Positions 40,200 through 49,120 of a stretch of DNA of 64,000 nt are shown here, piece after piece. Under the pieces are notes generated by a model. That model had not been told where the DNA came from, searched no databases, and worked only from the letters and a program-made list of their open reading frames with translations. This stretch comes from Opitutia bacterium (GTDB lineage: Bacteria > Verrucomicrobiota > Verrucomicrobiia > Opitutales > Opitutaceae). The translations under genes and the position numbers were made by a program. Each line of letters opens with the position of its first letter. The stretch's first letter is position 1. The stretch lies in assembly GCA_947478395.1 (NCBI GenBank), contig CANJVR010000001.1, positions 863,754 through 927,753 on the forward strand, in the 5' to 3' direction.

Positions 40200-41411
40200 A
40201 TGAAAGCATCCCCCTCGCTCAGGCTCGTCCTCGTGGCGGCCGTCTCCCTGCTCAGTCGAAGCCCCGTTCTGGCGCAGCCCGCCAGCAACGCCAACGGCAC
40301 CCGCCAAGTCGTCTCGCCGGATATCGATGCCGAAGGCAAGGTCACCTTCCGCTTGTACGCGCCCAACGTGAAGCAGGTCACGATGACCGACGACTTCGTC
40401 CCCACGAGTGGCACGCTCAAAAAAGACGAAGCAACCGGCATCTGGTCCCTCACCACCGCGGCGGCGATACCGCCCGGGGTCTATGGATATTATTTCAGCA
40501 TCGACGGCATCCGCTCGATCGATCCCAGCAACCTTAACGCGTTTGGCGGCGGCCGCTACCTGAAGAGCTACTTCGAGGTGAAGGGCGACGGGCAGGAATT
40601 CTGGGCCCAGCGCAACGTCCCCCACGGCATGCTGCACGAGGTGCTGTATGAAAACCCTACGCTCGGTTCACGTCGCGTGCTGGTCTACACGCCACCGGGC
40701 TACAACGCGGCGGAAAATAAAACTTATCCAGCGGTGTACCTCTATTCCGGTTCGGGCGACAACGAGACGTATTGGAGCCGCATCGGCCGCGCGCACTTCA
40801 TCATGGATAATCTAATCGCCGAGGGGAAAGCGAAGCCCGCGATCGTCGTGATGCCTTACGGCTCGGCCGTGCTCCCGGCGCCGGGCGATGGACAGGAAGA
40901 CACGGCGGACGGCGTGTATGGCGTGAAGGCGATCGAGAAAGATGTCGTCGGTAGCGTCATCCCCACGATCGAGAAAAACTTCAAGGTCGGCAAAGAGCCG
41001 AAAGATCGCGCGATCTTCGGTTTCTCGATGGGTGGATATCTCGCGCCAACGATCGGGCTAAATCATCCGGAAGTATTCGGCTGGGTCGTCGGCGCATCGA
41101 CCGCCGGATTCCGGGGCGCAGGCACGCCCGATAAAAACTTCAAACCGCTCGAGGCGCAGCTCGAACTCGCGAAGAAGAATTTCAAGTTCGTCGGTTTCAC
41201 GGTCGGCACGGGCAGCGACAACGGTGGCACCGCGGGCAACAAGGCCGCGGTGGATTATCTCACGGGCCTCGGCCTCAAGGTCGAATGGACGCAACCTCCC
41301 GGCGGGATGCATGCCTGGTCCAGCTGGCGCGGTTATTTTCGCGATGTGATGGCCCACAAATTCTTCGTCGAAAATCCCTACGCCGCGCCGAAGATCGGCC
41401 TGCCGAAATGA
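40200..41411 (+). CDS. Secreted esterase with N-terminal Ig-like (E-set/CBM48-like) domain, CE1-like
   Basis: Signal peptide; VTFRLYAP, VPHG, VYTPPGY, IMDNLIA, GFSMGG and GMHAW. Confidence 0.88.
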   Translation: MKASPSLRLVLVAAVSLLSRSPVLAQPASNANGTRQVVSPDIDAEGKVTFRLYAPNVKQVTMTDDFVPTSGTLKKDEATGIWSLTTAAAIPPGVYGYYFSIDGIRSIDPSNLNAFGGGRYLKSYFEVKGDGQEFWAQRNVPHGMLHEVLYENPTLGSRRVLVYTPPGYNAAENKTYPAVYLYSGSGDNETYWSRIGRAHFIMDNLIAEGKAKPAIVVMPYGSAVLPAPGDGQEDTADGVYGVKAIEKDVVGSVIPTIEKNFKVGKEPKDRAIFGFSMGGYLAPTIGLNHPEVFGWVVGASTAGFRGAGTPDKNFKPLEAQLELAKKNFKFVGFTVGTGSDNGGTAGNKAAVDYLTGLGLKVEWTQPPGGMHAWSSWRGYFRDVMAHKFFVENPYAAPKIGLPK

Positions 41412-41495
41412 TGTAGGCGGGGTGCCCTCACCCCGCCGCGACGTCGCTGGTTATCTATCTCACGTTCGTGCGGGGTGCCGGGCACCCCGCTCACA
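41412..41495. repeat. REPIN-like inverted REP doublet
   Basis: TGTAGGCGGGGTGCCCTCACCCCGCC ... GCGGGGTGCCGGGCACCCCGCTCACA fills the gap between two convergent esterase genes. Confidence 0.75.
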
Positions 41496-42674
41496 TTACT
41501 TTTGCGGTTGGTAATCTTTCCACACCCACTCCAACGCTTCAGGCAAAAGTTGGCCGCGGGCGGCGCCCATGCTGTGGCCGACACCCATCGCGAAGACGTA
41601 TTGATAACGATAGCCTTTAGCTGCGAGCACCGTCGCCATGCGGTTGTTGGCTTCGACCCAGTCATGCATGTCGTCGCGCATAACATTGGGATTGAGGAGA
41701 TCCTGATCGCCCACGCCCATCCAGAGCCGGATCGGCTTCTTCGGGCTCTGCGGGATCAGCGTGGTATGAAAATCCCAAGCTCCGCCAGGAGTCGCGGGAT
41801 CGAACGGCCACTGTTGATTTACGTAAGTGCCCGAGGTCGTAATAACGCGGCGATAAAGCTCGGGGTGATACCACGCCATGATCAAGGCGGCTGAGCCGCC
41901 CGAACTGTTGCCCATCGTAGCGCGGGCCTCGGGGTCCTTGCTGAGCGTCACGCCATAGTTTTTTTCCACGAGCGGGAGCACCTCGGCCTCGATAAATTCG
42001 GCGAACTTGCCCGACATCGTGTCGTACTCACGTCCGCGCTCGTGGCCCTGCGCGTCGCCGCCACCGTGGGCGACCATGATGGCGATTTGGACGGGCACGC
42101 GCTTTTGGGCGATGAGATTGTCGAGCACGCGCGCCAGTTCCTGACGCGGTGCATCGGCTCGGGCCAGGCCCGGGCCGTCGTGCGTGACGATAAAAGGGGC
42201 GGGCGTGCCGGGTTTGTATTGCGCCGGGATATACACGGTAATCGTGCGCGTGTAGTCCATCGGGAAGGTTTCAACGATGACCGTCCGGGGATTCTTGGGA
42301 TCGACCGTTCCGAAGGGCACCTCGCGTTTGATGCCGGGGTTGTAGAATTTGCTGTCCTTCGAGCTCATGCTGAACTGCTGGACTTTTCCCTGGGGCACGC
42401 CGTCGACCACTTTGGCTTCGGGCGCCGGCACATAATCAGGACCCACCAGAAAGTTTCCCACGGCATCCGCCGGAGGATTGATGCCTTTCTCGAGCTTGGT
42501 GAATTTTGGATAACCGGGAGTGTCAGGCGCACGTTTCGGTACCGGCGGACGAGCGGCGGCCGGCGCAGCGGGAGCGGCCGGCGGCGTGTCGGCGCACTGA
42601 GCCGAAAGCGGAAACAGCGCGGCGAGCGCGCTGCCCGACAAAAATGCAAGGCGACGGGAGGTGGTTTTTTTCAT
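41496..42674 (-). CDS. Secreted Fes/enterochelin esterase-like alpha/beta hydrolase
   Basis: VYIPAQY, RGREYD, GNSSGG, SGTYVNQQWP and VGH; a clear paralog of 16593-17723. Confidence 0.85.
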   Translation of the reverse strand: MKKTTSRRLAFLSGSALAALFPLSAQCADTPPAAPAAPAAARPPVPKRAPDTPGYPKFTKLEKGINPPADAVGNFLVGPDYVPAPEAKVVDGVPQGKVQQFSMSSKDSKFYNPGIKREVPFGTVDPKNPRTVIVETFPMDYTRTITVYIPAQYKPGTPAPFIVTHDGPGLARADAPRQELARVLDNLIAQKRVPVQIAIMVAHGGGDAQGHERGREYDTMSGKFAEFIEAEVLPLVEKNYGVTLSKDPEARATMGNSSGGSAALIMAWYHPELYRRVITTSGTYVNQQWPFDPATPGGAWDFHTTLIPQSPKKPIRLWMGVGDQDLLNPNVMRDDMHDWVEANNRMATVLAAKGYRYQYVFAMGVGHSMGAARGQLLPEALEWVWKDYQPQK

Positions 42675-42756
42675 GAGGGGTAAAGTTAAACGACTGAAAA
42701 TAAAAGGCACGGGCCGCAGTTTTGCCGTAGGCCGCCTACGGCAATTTCCAACCAAA

Positions 42757-44100
42757 TCAGATGCGCGCGAGCGGCGCGGAGGCGTCGCCGAACTTGTCGA
42801 GCTTCACGCCCATGCGATCCATCAGCGACAGGTACAGGCTGCAGAGTTTGCGGTTGTCGTTACCCGCGTCGGTGTAGTCGAGCACGCGCCCCGTTTCCAA
42901 CGTGCCGCCCAGTGAGCCGGCCGTGAGCAACGGCACCTTGCTGCTATCGTGATTCTTGCCGGACCACATGTTCGACATGAATACGATGCAGGAATTATCG
43001 AGCACCGTGCCGTTGCCTTCCTTCATGTTGGCGAGCTTCTCGGCGAGGTAGGCGAATTGGCTCACGTAATATTTATTGATGCGCATGAACGCGTCGTCGT
43101 CCTCGTGGCTGGCGAGATGGTGCGCGAGCTTGGCGTCGAGGAACGGGTAAACGAGGCCGGAGATGTCGCGGCAGAGCAGCAAGGTCGCAATGCGGGTCTT
43201 ATCGGTCTGGAATCCCAGCGCGAGAATGTCGCACATCAGGCGCATGTGCTCGCGGATGTCTTCCGGCAGGCCGTTTTCCGGACGCCGCATCGTGATGACG
43301 GGCTGGTCAGCGCCTTTGCCCTTGGCATCCGCTTTGTCCTTCGCCGCGCGCATGCTTTGCGCGCGTTTTTCCACTTCGCGCACGCTGGTGAAATACTCGT
43401 CGATCTTCGCCTTGTCAGCGGCACTGACCTGCCGTCCCAGCGTGGCGGCCTGGTCGCGCACGCGATCGAGTACGCTCTGGTTGCGCTGATCACCGCGGTT
43501 GTCGAAGAGGCTGTCGAAAGCCAGTGACGGATAAACTTCCATCGGGACGGGCGAGGTCGGCGTCTGCCACGAAATGTGGGAGCTATACGCCATGGAGAAA
43601 TTCGTCTCGTGATAACCCGTCACCGGCTGCTCGCAGCCCAAGACCATGCTCGACTGCACGGTCTGTTCTCCGATGCGGTTGGCCAGCACTTGATCCATGC
43701 TCACGCCGCCATGGAGTTCCGCGCCCTTCGTCAGCGGCGCGCCGGAAAGCAAGTTCCCCGTCATGCCGGGGTGAATACCCACGCCGACGGCCGCCTTGTT
43801 GTAGAGCCCCTTGACGAAATTGATTTTCGTCTTCACCGGCTCGAGCGGAGAAAGGCTTTCGCCCAGTTGGATGTCTGCTCCCGCACCACTGGCGGTCCAG
43901 TATTTCTGGTTGATGCCGTTCCCCATGAACATCACGGCGAGCCGCTTGGGCGGAAGCGCCGGCGTATCAGACTTTGTCATGGTCTCCGCGCCCCAGACGG
44001 GCACCGACTCAAGCCACGGCAACGCCATGACTACGCCGGCTCCATGCAGAAACCGACGGCGGGAAAAAGAGTGACGATTGCCGCGGATGAAATGGCTCAT
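42757..44100 (-). CDS. DUF1552 domain protein, Tat-exported
   Basis: SRRRFLHG; GIHPGMTGN; GYHETNFSMAYSSHISW; HHLASHE. Confidence 0.92.
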   Translation of the reverse strand: MSHFIRGNRHSFSRRRFLHGAGVVMALPWLESVPVWGAETMTKSDTPALPPKRLAVMFMGNGINQKYWTASGAGADIQLGESLSPLEPVKTKINFVKGLYNKAAVGVGIHPGMTGNLLSGAPLTKGAELHGGVSMDQVLANRIGEQTVQSSMVLGCEQPVTGYHETNFSMAYSSHISWQTPTSPVPMEVYPSLAFDSLFDNRGDQRNQSVLDRVRDQAATLGRQVSAADKAKIDEYFTSVREVEKRAQSMRAAKDKADAKGKGADQPVITMRRPENGLPEDIREHMRLMCDILALGFQTDKTRIATLLLCRDISGLVYPFLDAKLAHHLASHEDDDAFMRINKYYVSQFAYLAEKLANMKEGNGTVLDNSCIVFMSNMWSGKNHDSSKVPLLTAGSLGGTLETGRVLDYTDAGNDNRKLCSLYLSLMDRMGVKLDKFGDASAPLARI

Positions 44101-47100
44101 GGGATTAGGGCGAGTTTTTCGGAGTCGGATGAAACGCGTTTATTAAGAAACTGCCGGCTGGTGACGATCTCCTCGACGATGGTGCCGAAGTGGTAACCGC
44201 TGGTGGAAAGTTTTTGGCGCACGTCCGCCACGACGAGATCGTCGGAGGGCAGGAGGCTGCGGCCGAGGGCGTAGACCATGAGCTTGCGACAAAGATTGTC
44301 CAGAAACTCATGCTCCACCTTGGTGTGAAAATAGGTCCGCAATCCGTCCAAGCCCACGCCTTCGCTGCCATCGGGAAAGACCGCGCTGGTCTCCGCCGGA
44401 CGGCCCGCCAGATCCGTCGTGCGCACTTCGCCCACCGGCCCAAAGCCCTCGAAGACGAGGCCCATCGCGTCAAATTTGTTGTGACAGCTGGCGCAGGACT
44501 TATCCGCGCGGTGCTTGGCGAGAGTTTGCCTTAAGGTGAGGTCACCGAGCTTGGTTTCATCGGTCGGCAGTACGGGCACGTTCGGCGGCGGCGCGGGAAT
44601 GCGTTCGCCAAGCAACTTCGTGACGACCCAGTGTCCACGCTTCACTGGACTCGTGCGGAGTCCCGGCGCGTTTTTCGTCAGGAAGGCCGCCATCGGCAGG
44701 AGGCCGCCGCGGTGAAACTTATTCGCCTCGTCGACGCGAACCCAGTTGTTCCCGCCCGTGATCGAAACCGGAATGCCGTAATGTTTAGCCAGGATCGGAT
44801 TCACGAACGTGTAATCGCCGTAGACGAAATCCAAGACGGAGCCATTGCGCTGCGCGAGATCGGTGATGAAGCGAACCGGTTCCTCGAACATCGCCTCGCG
44901 TAGATCGTTCGTGAAGGCGGGAAACCGTTCGCGATCGACGGCGTTGTGCTCCTCGAACCGGCGAACATCGAGCCAATTGCCGCCGAACTCCGTGGCCAGC
45001 CCGCGGACCTTGGCGTCCTTCAACATGCGCCGCGTCTGGGCGATGAGCACCTCACGCTGGTGTAAATCGCCCGCCGCGGCATGGGCGAGCAATTCGCCGT
45101 CGGGCATGCTGGACCAGAGGAAGTAGCTCAACCGGTTCGCTAGTTCGAAATCGGACAGCGACTGCACGGCGGCCGTCGGATTCGATCCGTTCAGCTTCGG
45201 CAAATCGTAGCGATAGGAAAACGCCGGCGACATCAGCACGCTGACCACGCAATCGCGGATCGCGTCTTCGTGACTGAGCTTCTGCTCGCGCAACTGACCG
45301 TAGAATTTCAGCAAGTCTTCGCGTTCAAAGGCCGTGAGCGGACGGCGCGCCGCGCGCTCGGCAAACGCAACAAGTGATTTCAGGTGCAGCGGCTCGGCCG
45401 CCTTCTGCGCCTTTTCCAAGGCCCGAATCCGGGTGTTCATGTTCACGAAATAATCGCGGATCGCCTTCAAGGTTCGCTCGTCGAGTTTGAATTCCTTGAA
45501 ACCCTCCGGGATCGGGTCGTTCGCCGCCAGCATCGTGGCCCGGTAATTCAATGCGATGCCAGTGTTGCGGGGTTGTAAGGCGACGCGCGTTCTCGCGGCT
45601 TGATTGTAATAAACTTCGGCAAACCGTTTCAGCTTCGACTCCGTCAAGAGGCTGTCGTCCGCCGACCGAAAATCGGCAAACACCGGATTGAGCATGAAGC
45701 TCGGAGGTTCGGCGGTCTCAAACCAGACAAAGCCAGTCATCTGACGGAAAGGCGCTTTCGTCGTGAAATTGAATTCATCCCAGAGCCGGTCGAGTTCGCG
45801 CTGTTGATCGGAATCGAGAACGAGATCGTAGAGCGGCTTGTCGTCGCGGAAATAGCCCGTCTGGCTGTGGAAGCCGGCGGTGAGCAGACGGTGACCTTCG
45901 AGGTCGGTCTGAATATTACGTTCATTCGAGATAAACATGCGGGCGCGCTCCGCCACGTAGAAAGCGTCCGGGAAAATGGCGCAGAATTGCCGGAATCCCG
46001 CCTGATATTTTTCCCGGTCGACTGCTTCGACTGGGATCGCGAGTGCCGGATCCGTTTGGGAAAACTTCGCCAAATCGATTTCCAGCGCGTTTCCCGCGTA
46101 CACGTTTCGATTCAGCGCAATCTGTTCGTCTTTCCACAGCACCATGGTCTGCGAACCGGCGGCCACGATGTGGTCGGTTGCCACGAGATTTGCAAAACGC
46201 ATCCCCACCAGCGGGCGCACCGCCATGATAAAATCCCGCAACGCCACCACCTGGGCACGCACGTCTTCCGGTTGCTTGCCGGCCATGGGGACCGGCAGCT
46301 TTTTCCAGCGCGCCTGAATCGCGGCGATCGGGCCCAGCGATCCCTCGGGCTGGTTCAACGCGGCCCACAGTGTGGCCAGATATTTAGGACTGACCTTGGC
46401 GTCCTGGGCGACACTCGCCAGCGACGCATTGGGACGACCGAGCGCGGCGCGATGCTGGTACCGCCATGCGGCCTCAAAGAAATTCGCGTAGTCCAAGTGT
46501 TCCGCGGTGTAATTATCGAAGCGCGTGGAAATATTCACGCCTTGGCGCCGGTAAAAATCGACGATCCGGTTAACGGCGTACTTGTCGCGGTCCTCGTCGG
46601 TGTTCGCCGGGTAAGGGGCAAACGTAAAGCTGGTCGGCGTGAAAACGATGTGATCGGCGACCGCGCGCGCGGCATCGAGGTACTTCTTCACCAGCGCGGG
46701 CGACATCGAGAGCGATTCACCGGAGTTGTCGAAGCCCGCGGCATTCGCCGGATCGACCGGAAATTCTTTCGTCGGCTGAATCGGCACGCCCGTGAGATCG
46801 CGCACGGTGTAATCGAACTCGGCGTTGCTCAACCGCCGCGCGAGCACGAGCCCCGGATCGCCGGCCGTGCGCTTTGTTTCGGCCGCGCGCATTTCCTGCA
46901 ACCACGCGACCACGGGACGGGTTTGCTCGATGGTGGGATGTTTCTTCGCGTCATCCGGCGGCATTTCCTTCGCCTCGATGCGCTCCAGGACTTCGTTCCA
47001 GCGCCGGACGTCCTTCGTGATCGATGCCAGCGTGGTGTAGGTGCTCAGGTCGAATTCGGCCTCGGGTTTGGCTCCGCCGTGGCAACTGACGCAGTACGTC

Positions 47101-47294
47101 TGGATAAAGGGATGAATCGTGTTCTGAAACCCCGCTTCCAATTTTTGGCCGGAGAGTTGCGCCACGGGGGCCGCGGCGACCGCCGACGACGGCTGCTCGG
47201 ACGCGGCGTTCGGCGTCGAACAGGCGGACCAAAATAGGGGCAGAGCCGAAAGCGCCAGCGGCGCGAGGACCAAGGTGGGGAAACGTTTTTGCAT
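44097..47294 (-). CDS. Long-form DUF1592/DUF1588 di-heme cytochrome c protein, possible lipoprotein
   Basis: FWSAC lipobox-like site; CVSCH; LANRLSYFLWSSMPD; TSPVKRG; CASCH. Overlaps the DUF1552 gene by 4 nt. Confidence 0.92.
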   Translation of the reverse strand: MQKRFPTLVLAPLALSALPLFWSACSTPNAASEQPSSAVAAAPVAQLSGQKLEAGFQNTIHPFIQTYCVSCHGGAKPEAEFDLSTYTTLASITKDVRRWNEVLERIEAKEMPPDDAKKHPTIEQTRPVVAWLQEMRAAETKRTAGDPGLVLARRLSNAEFDYTVRDLTGVPIQPTKEFPVDPANAAGFDNSGESLSMSPALVKKYLDAARAVADHIVFTPTSFTFAPYPANTDEDRDKYAVNRIVDFYRRQGVNISTRFDNYTAEHLDYANFFEAAWRYQHRAALGRPNASLASVAQDAKVSPKYLATLWAALNQPEGSLGPIAAIQARWKKLPVPMAGKQPEDVRAQVVALRDFIMAVRPLVGMRFANLVATDHIVAAGSQTMVLWKDEQIALNRNVYAGNALEIDLAKFSQTDPALAIPVEAVDREKYQAGFRQFCAIFPDAFYVAERARMFISNERNIQTDLEGHRLLTAGFHSQTGYFRDDKPLYDLVLDSDQQRELDRLWDEFNFTTKAPFRQMTGFVWFETAEPPSFMLNPVFADFRSADDSLLTESKLKRFAEVYYNQAARTRVALQPRNTGIALNYRATMLAANDPIPEGFKEFKLDERTLKAIRDYFVNMNTRIRALEKAQKAAEPLHLKSLVAFAERAARRPLTAFEREDLLKFYGQLREQKLSHEDAIRDCVVSVLMSPAFSYRYDLPKLNGSNPTAAVQSLSDFELANRLSYFLWSSMPDGELLAHAAAGDLHQREVLIAQTRRMLKDAKVRGLATEFGGNWLDVRRFEEHNAVDRERFPAFTNDLREAMFEEPVRFITDLAQRNGSVLDFVYGDYTFVNPILAKHYGIPVSITGGNNWVRVDEANKFHRGGLLPMAAFLTKNAPGLRTSPVKRGHWVVTKLLGERIPAPPPNVPVLPTDETKLGDLTLRQTLAKHRADKSCASCHNKFDAMGLVFEGFGPVGEVRTTDLAGRPAETSAVFPDGSEGVGLDGLRTYFHTKVEHEFLDNLCRKLMVYALGRSLLPSDDLVVADVRQKLSTSGYHFGTIVEEIVTSRQFLNKRVSSDSEKLALIP

Positions 47295-47749
47295 CGATCA
47301 GAAAGTCAGAATCAGGGGTGCGCCCGCGGATTGACGGCTGGGTGCCGGATAACGGTGCGTGAAAATTTAAGGGGGACGAGAAAAGACAGAATCCAAGGGT
47401 TTGTTTCAGGCTGCGGGGTACGAGTTCTACATTGAGCAAGGGCCGGTGCAGGGCAAGGGCGGCGGAAAAAATATTGGCCGCGCGAGGCGCCGACCGCCCC
47501 TCCGCCATGAAACTGCGTCGGCTCGCCTTTCCCGTAATTCCGGTGCGTGAAAAAAACTCGGGCGCCCAGCGCCAGCGTGAGAAGCGGGCCAAACCGCGGC
47601 GCGTGGCGAAAGGGGAAGTTCATGCGCGGCGGCGGAACCGGGAGCTGAAGCGGCCAATGAAAACGGTGGGCGGGCATACTGCAACCCGGTCGCTGCGTTC
47701 GGTCGCTTCACCGCGTTCAGAACGACCTATCCCGGTTTAACTGCACACG

Positions 47750-48859
47750 CTACAAAACCGCTTCGCTCGCCGGATCGAAGAGATGCGCCTTCGACAAATC
47801 AAAGTGCACGCGGACGTTTTCGCCGGCGGCGTGGAGATGATCCGGCGCCACGCGGGCGATGAACTCCGTCGCACCCGTCGTGAGATACAGGTAAGTTTCC
47901 GCGCCCATCGGCTCGGAGATTTCCACGTGCACTTCATGGCCTTCACCACCGGGCGTGTCCTGGACGTTCTCCGGCCGGATGCCGAACACGATCGCCTGGC
48001 CAACGCGCGCCGCCGCCTTTGCCCCGAGCGCGCCGTCGAGCACGATGGTGAGCGGCGCCGATTTTGCATTGGTCTCGACGAACGTGACCCGGTCTCCCGT
48101 GCGCTGAATTGTCCCGCGAAAAAAATTCATCGGCGGGCTGCCGATAAAACCAGCGACGAAGAGATTGGCCGGGTGATTGTAGATTTCGAGCGGCTCGGCG
48201 ACCTGCATGATACGACCGTCCCGCATGACGCAAATGCGGTCGCCCATGGTCATCGCCTCCACCTGATCGTGCGTCACGTAGATCATCGTCGCACCGAGGC
48301 GCGCGTGCAGTTTTGAAATCTCCGTGCGCGTGGATACGCGCATCTTCGCATCGAGGTTCGAGAGCGGCTCGTCGAAGAGAAATACCTTCGGTTTACGTAC
48401 GATCGCGCGGCCGACGGCCACGCGCTGGCGCTGTCCGCCGGAAAGCGCTTTCGGCCGGCGGTCCAAGTACGGTTCGAGGCCGAGCATGACCGCGGCCTCG
48501 CGCACGCGCGCATCGATCTCAGCCTTCGGAAATTTTCTTAGCTTCAGGCCGAACGCCAGGTTGTCGTAAACGCTCATGTGCGGATAGAGCGCGTAATTCT
48601 GAAACACCATCGCGATATCACGATCCTTCGGCAGCACATCGTTCACGACTCGATCACCGATCGAGATTTTGCCCTCGGTGATTTCCTCGAGCCCCGCGAT
48701 CATGCGAAGCGTGGTCGATTTGCCGCAGCCGGAAGGCCCGACGAGGACCATGAATTCACGATCGCGGATTTCGAGGTTGATCCCATGGACCACCCGCAGG
48801 CCCGGGCCCGATTTATCCGGGTAGGCCTTGACGAGATTTTCGAGCGTTACGTTGGCCAT
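47750..48859 (-). CDS. Sugar ABC transporter ATP-binding protein (MalK/MsmK/UgpC family)
   Basis: [38 protein letters not shown] and YVTHDQ; C-terminal TOBE domain. Confidence 0.95.
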   Translation of the reverse strand: MANVTLENLVKAYPDKSGPGLRVVHGINLEIRDREFMVLVGPSGCGKSTTLRMIAGLEEITEGKISIGDRVVNDVLPKDRDIAMVFQNYALYPHMSVYDNLAFGLKLRKFPKAEIDARVREAAVMLGLEPYLDRRPKALSGGQRQRVAVGRAIVRKPKVFLFDEPLSNLDAKMRVSTRTEISKLHARLGATMIYVTHDQVEAMTMGDRICVMRDGRIMQVAEPLEIYNHPANLFVAGFIGSPPMNFFRGTIQRTGDRVTFVETNAKSAPLTIVLDGALGAKAAARVGQAIVFGIRPENVQDTPGGEGHEVHVEISEPMGAETYLYLTTGATEFIARVAPDHLHAAGENVRVHFDLSKAHLFDPASEAVL

Positions 48860-49049
48860 GGCAAAAAAAGAAAAATAACCTCACGAAAGCGGAGCGATAG
48901 ATTCGAACAAAGACCAGCCGCCGGAGCGACCAAATCGTTTGTCCCGTTTAAATATTCACGACTGAAAACCGGCCCGCTGAAGCTCAAATAGCCGACCTCG
49001 CGCAAAGATTTCGATCCGATACGGACGGGTTCATCTCGTTTTAGTGATC

Positions 49050-49083
49050 AAAAAAAGAGCCCGACATCGAAATGTCGGGCTCT
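49050..49083 (-). terminator. Rho-independent terminator of the TonB receptor gene
   Basis: On the minus strand AGAGCCCGACAT-TTCG-ATGTCGGGCTCT is followed by a T tract. Confidence 0.88.
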
Positions 49084-49120
49084 GAATCTAAGTCGTTAGC
49101 TCGCTTTGCCTCGTCAGGTC

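Noticed and set aside
4659..41495. CRISPR array
   Set aside because: The repeats are dispersed palindromes, not regularly spaced direct repeats, and there are no cas genes.
42726..42741. Short palindrome CCGTAGGCCGCCTACGG
   Set aside because: Too short to distinguish a REP remnant from chance.
47312..47677. Short minus-strand ORF with a signal-peptide-like start (MNFPFRHAPRFGPLLTLALGA)
   Set aside because: No recognisable domain follows. It may be a remnant, but I cannot support that.
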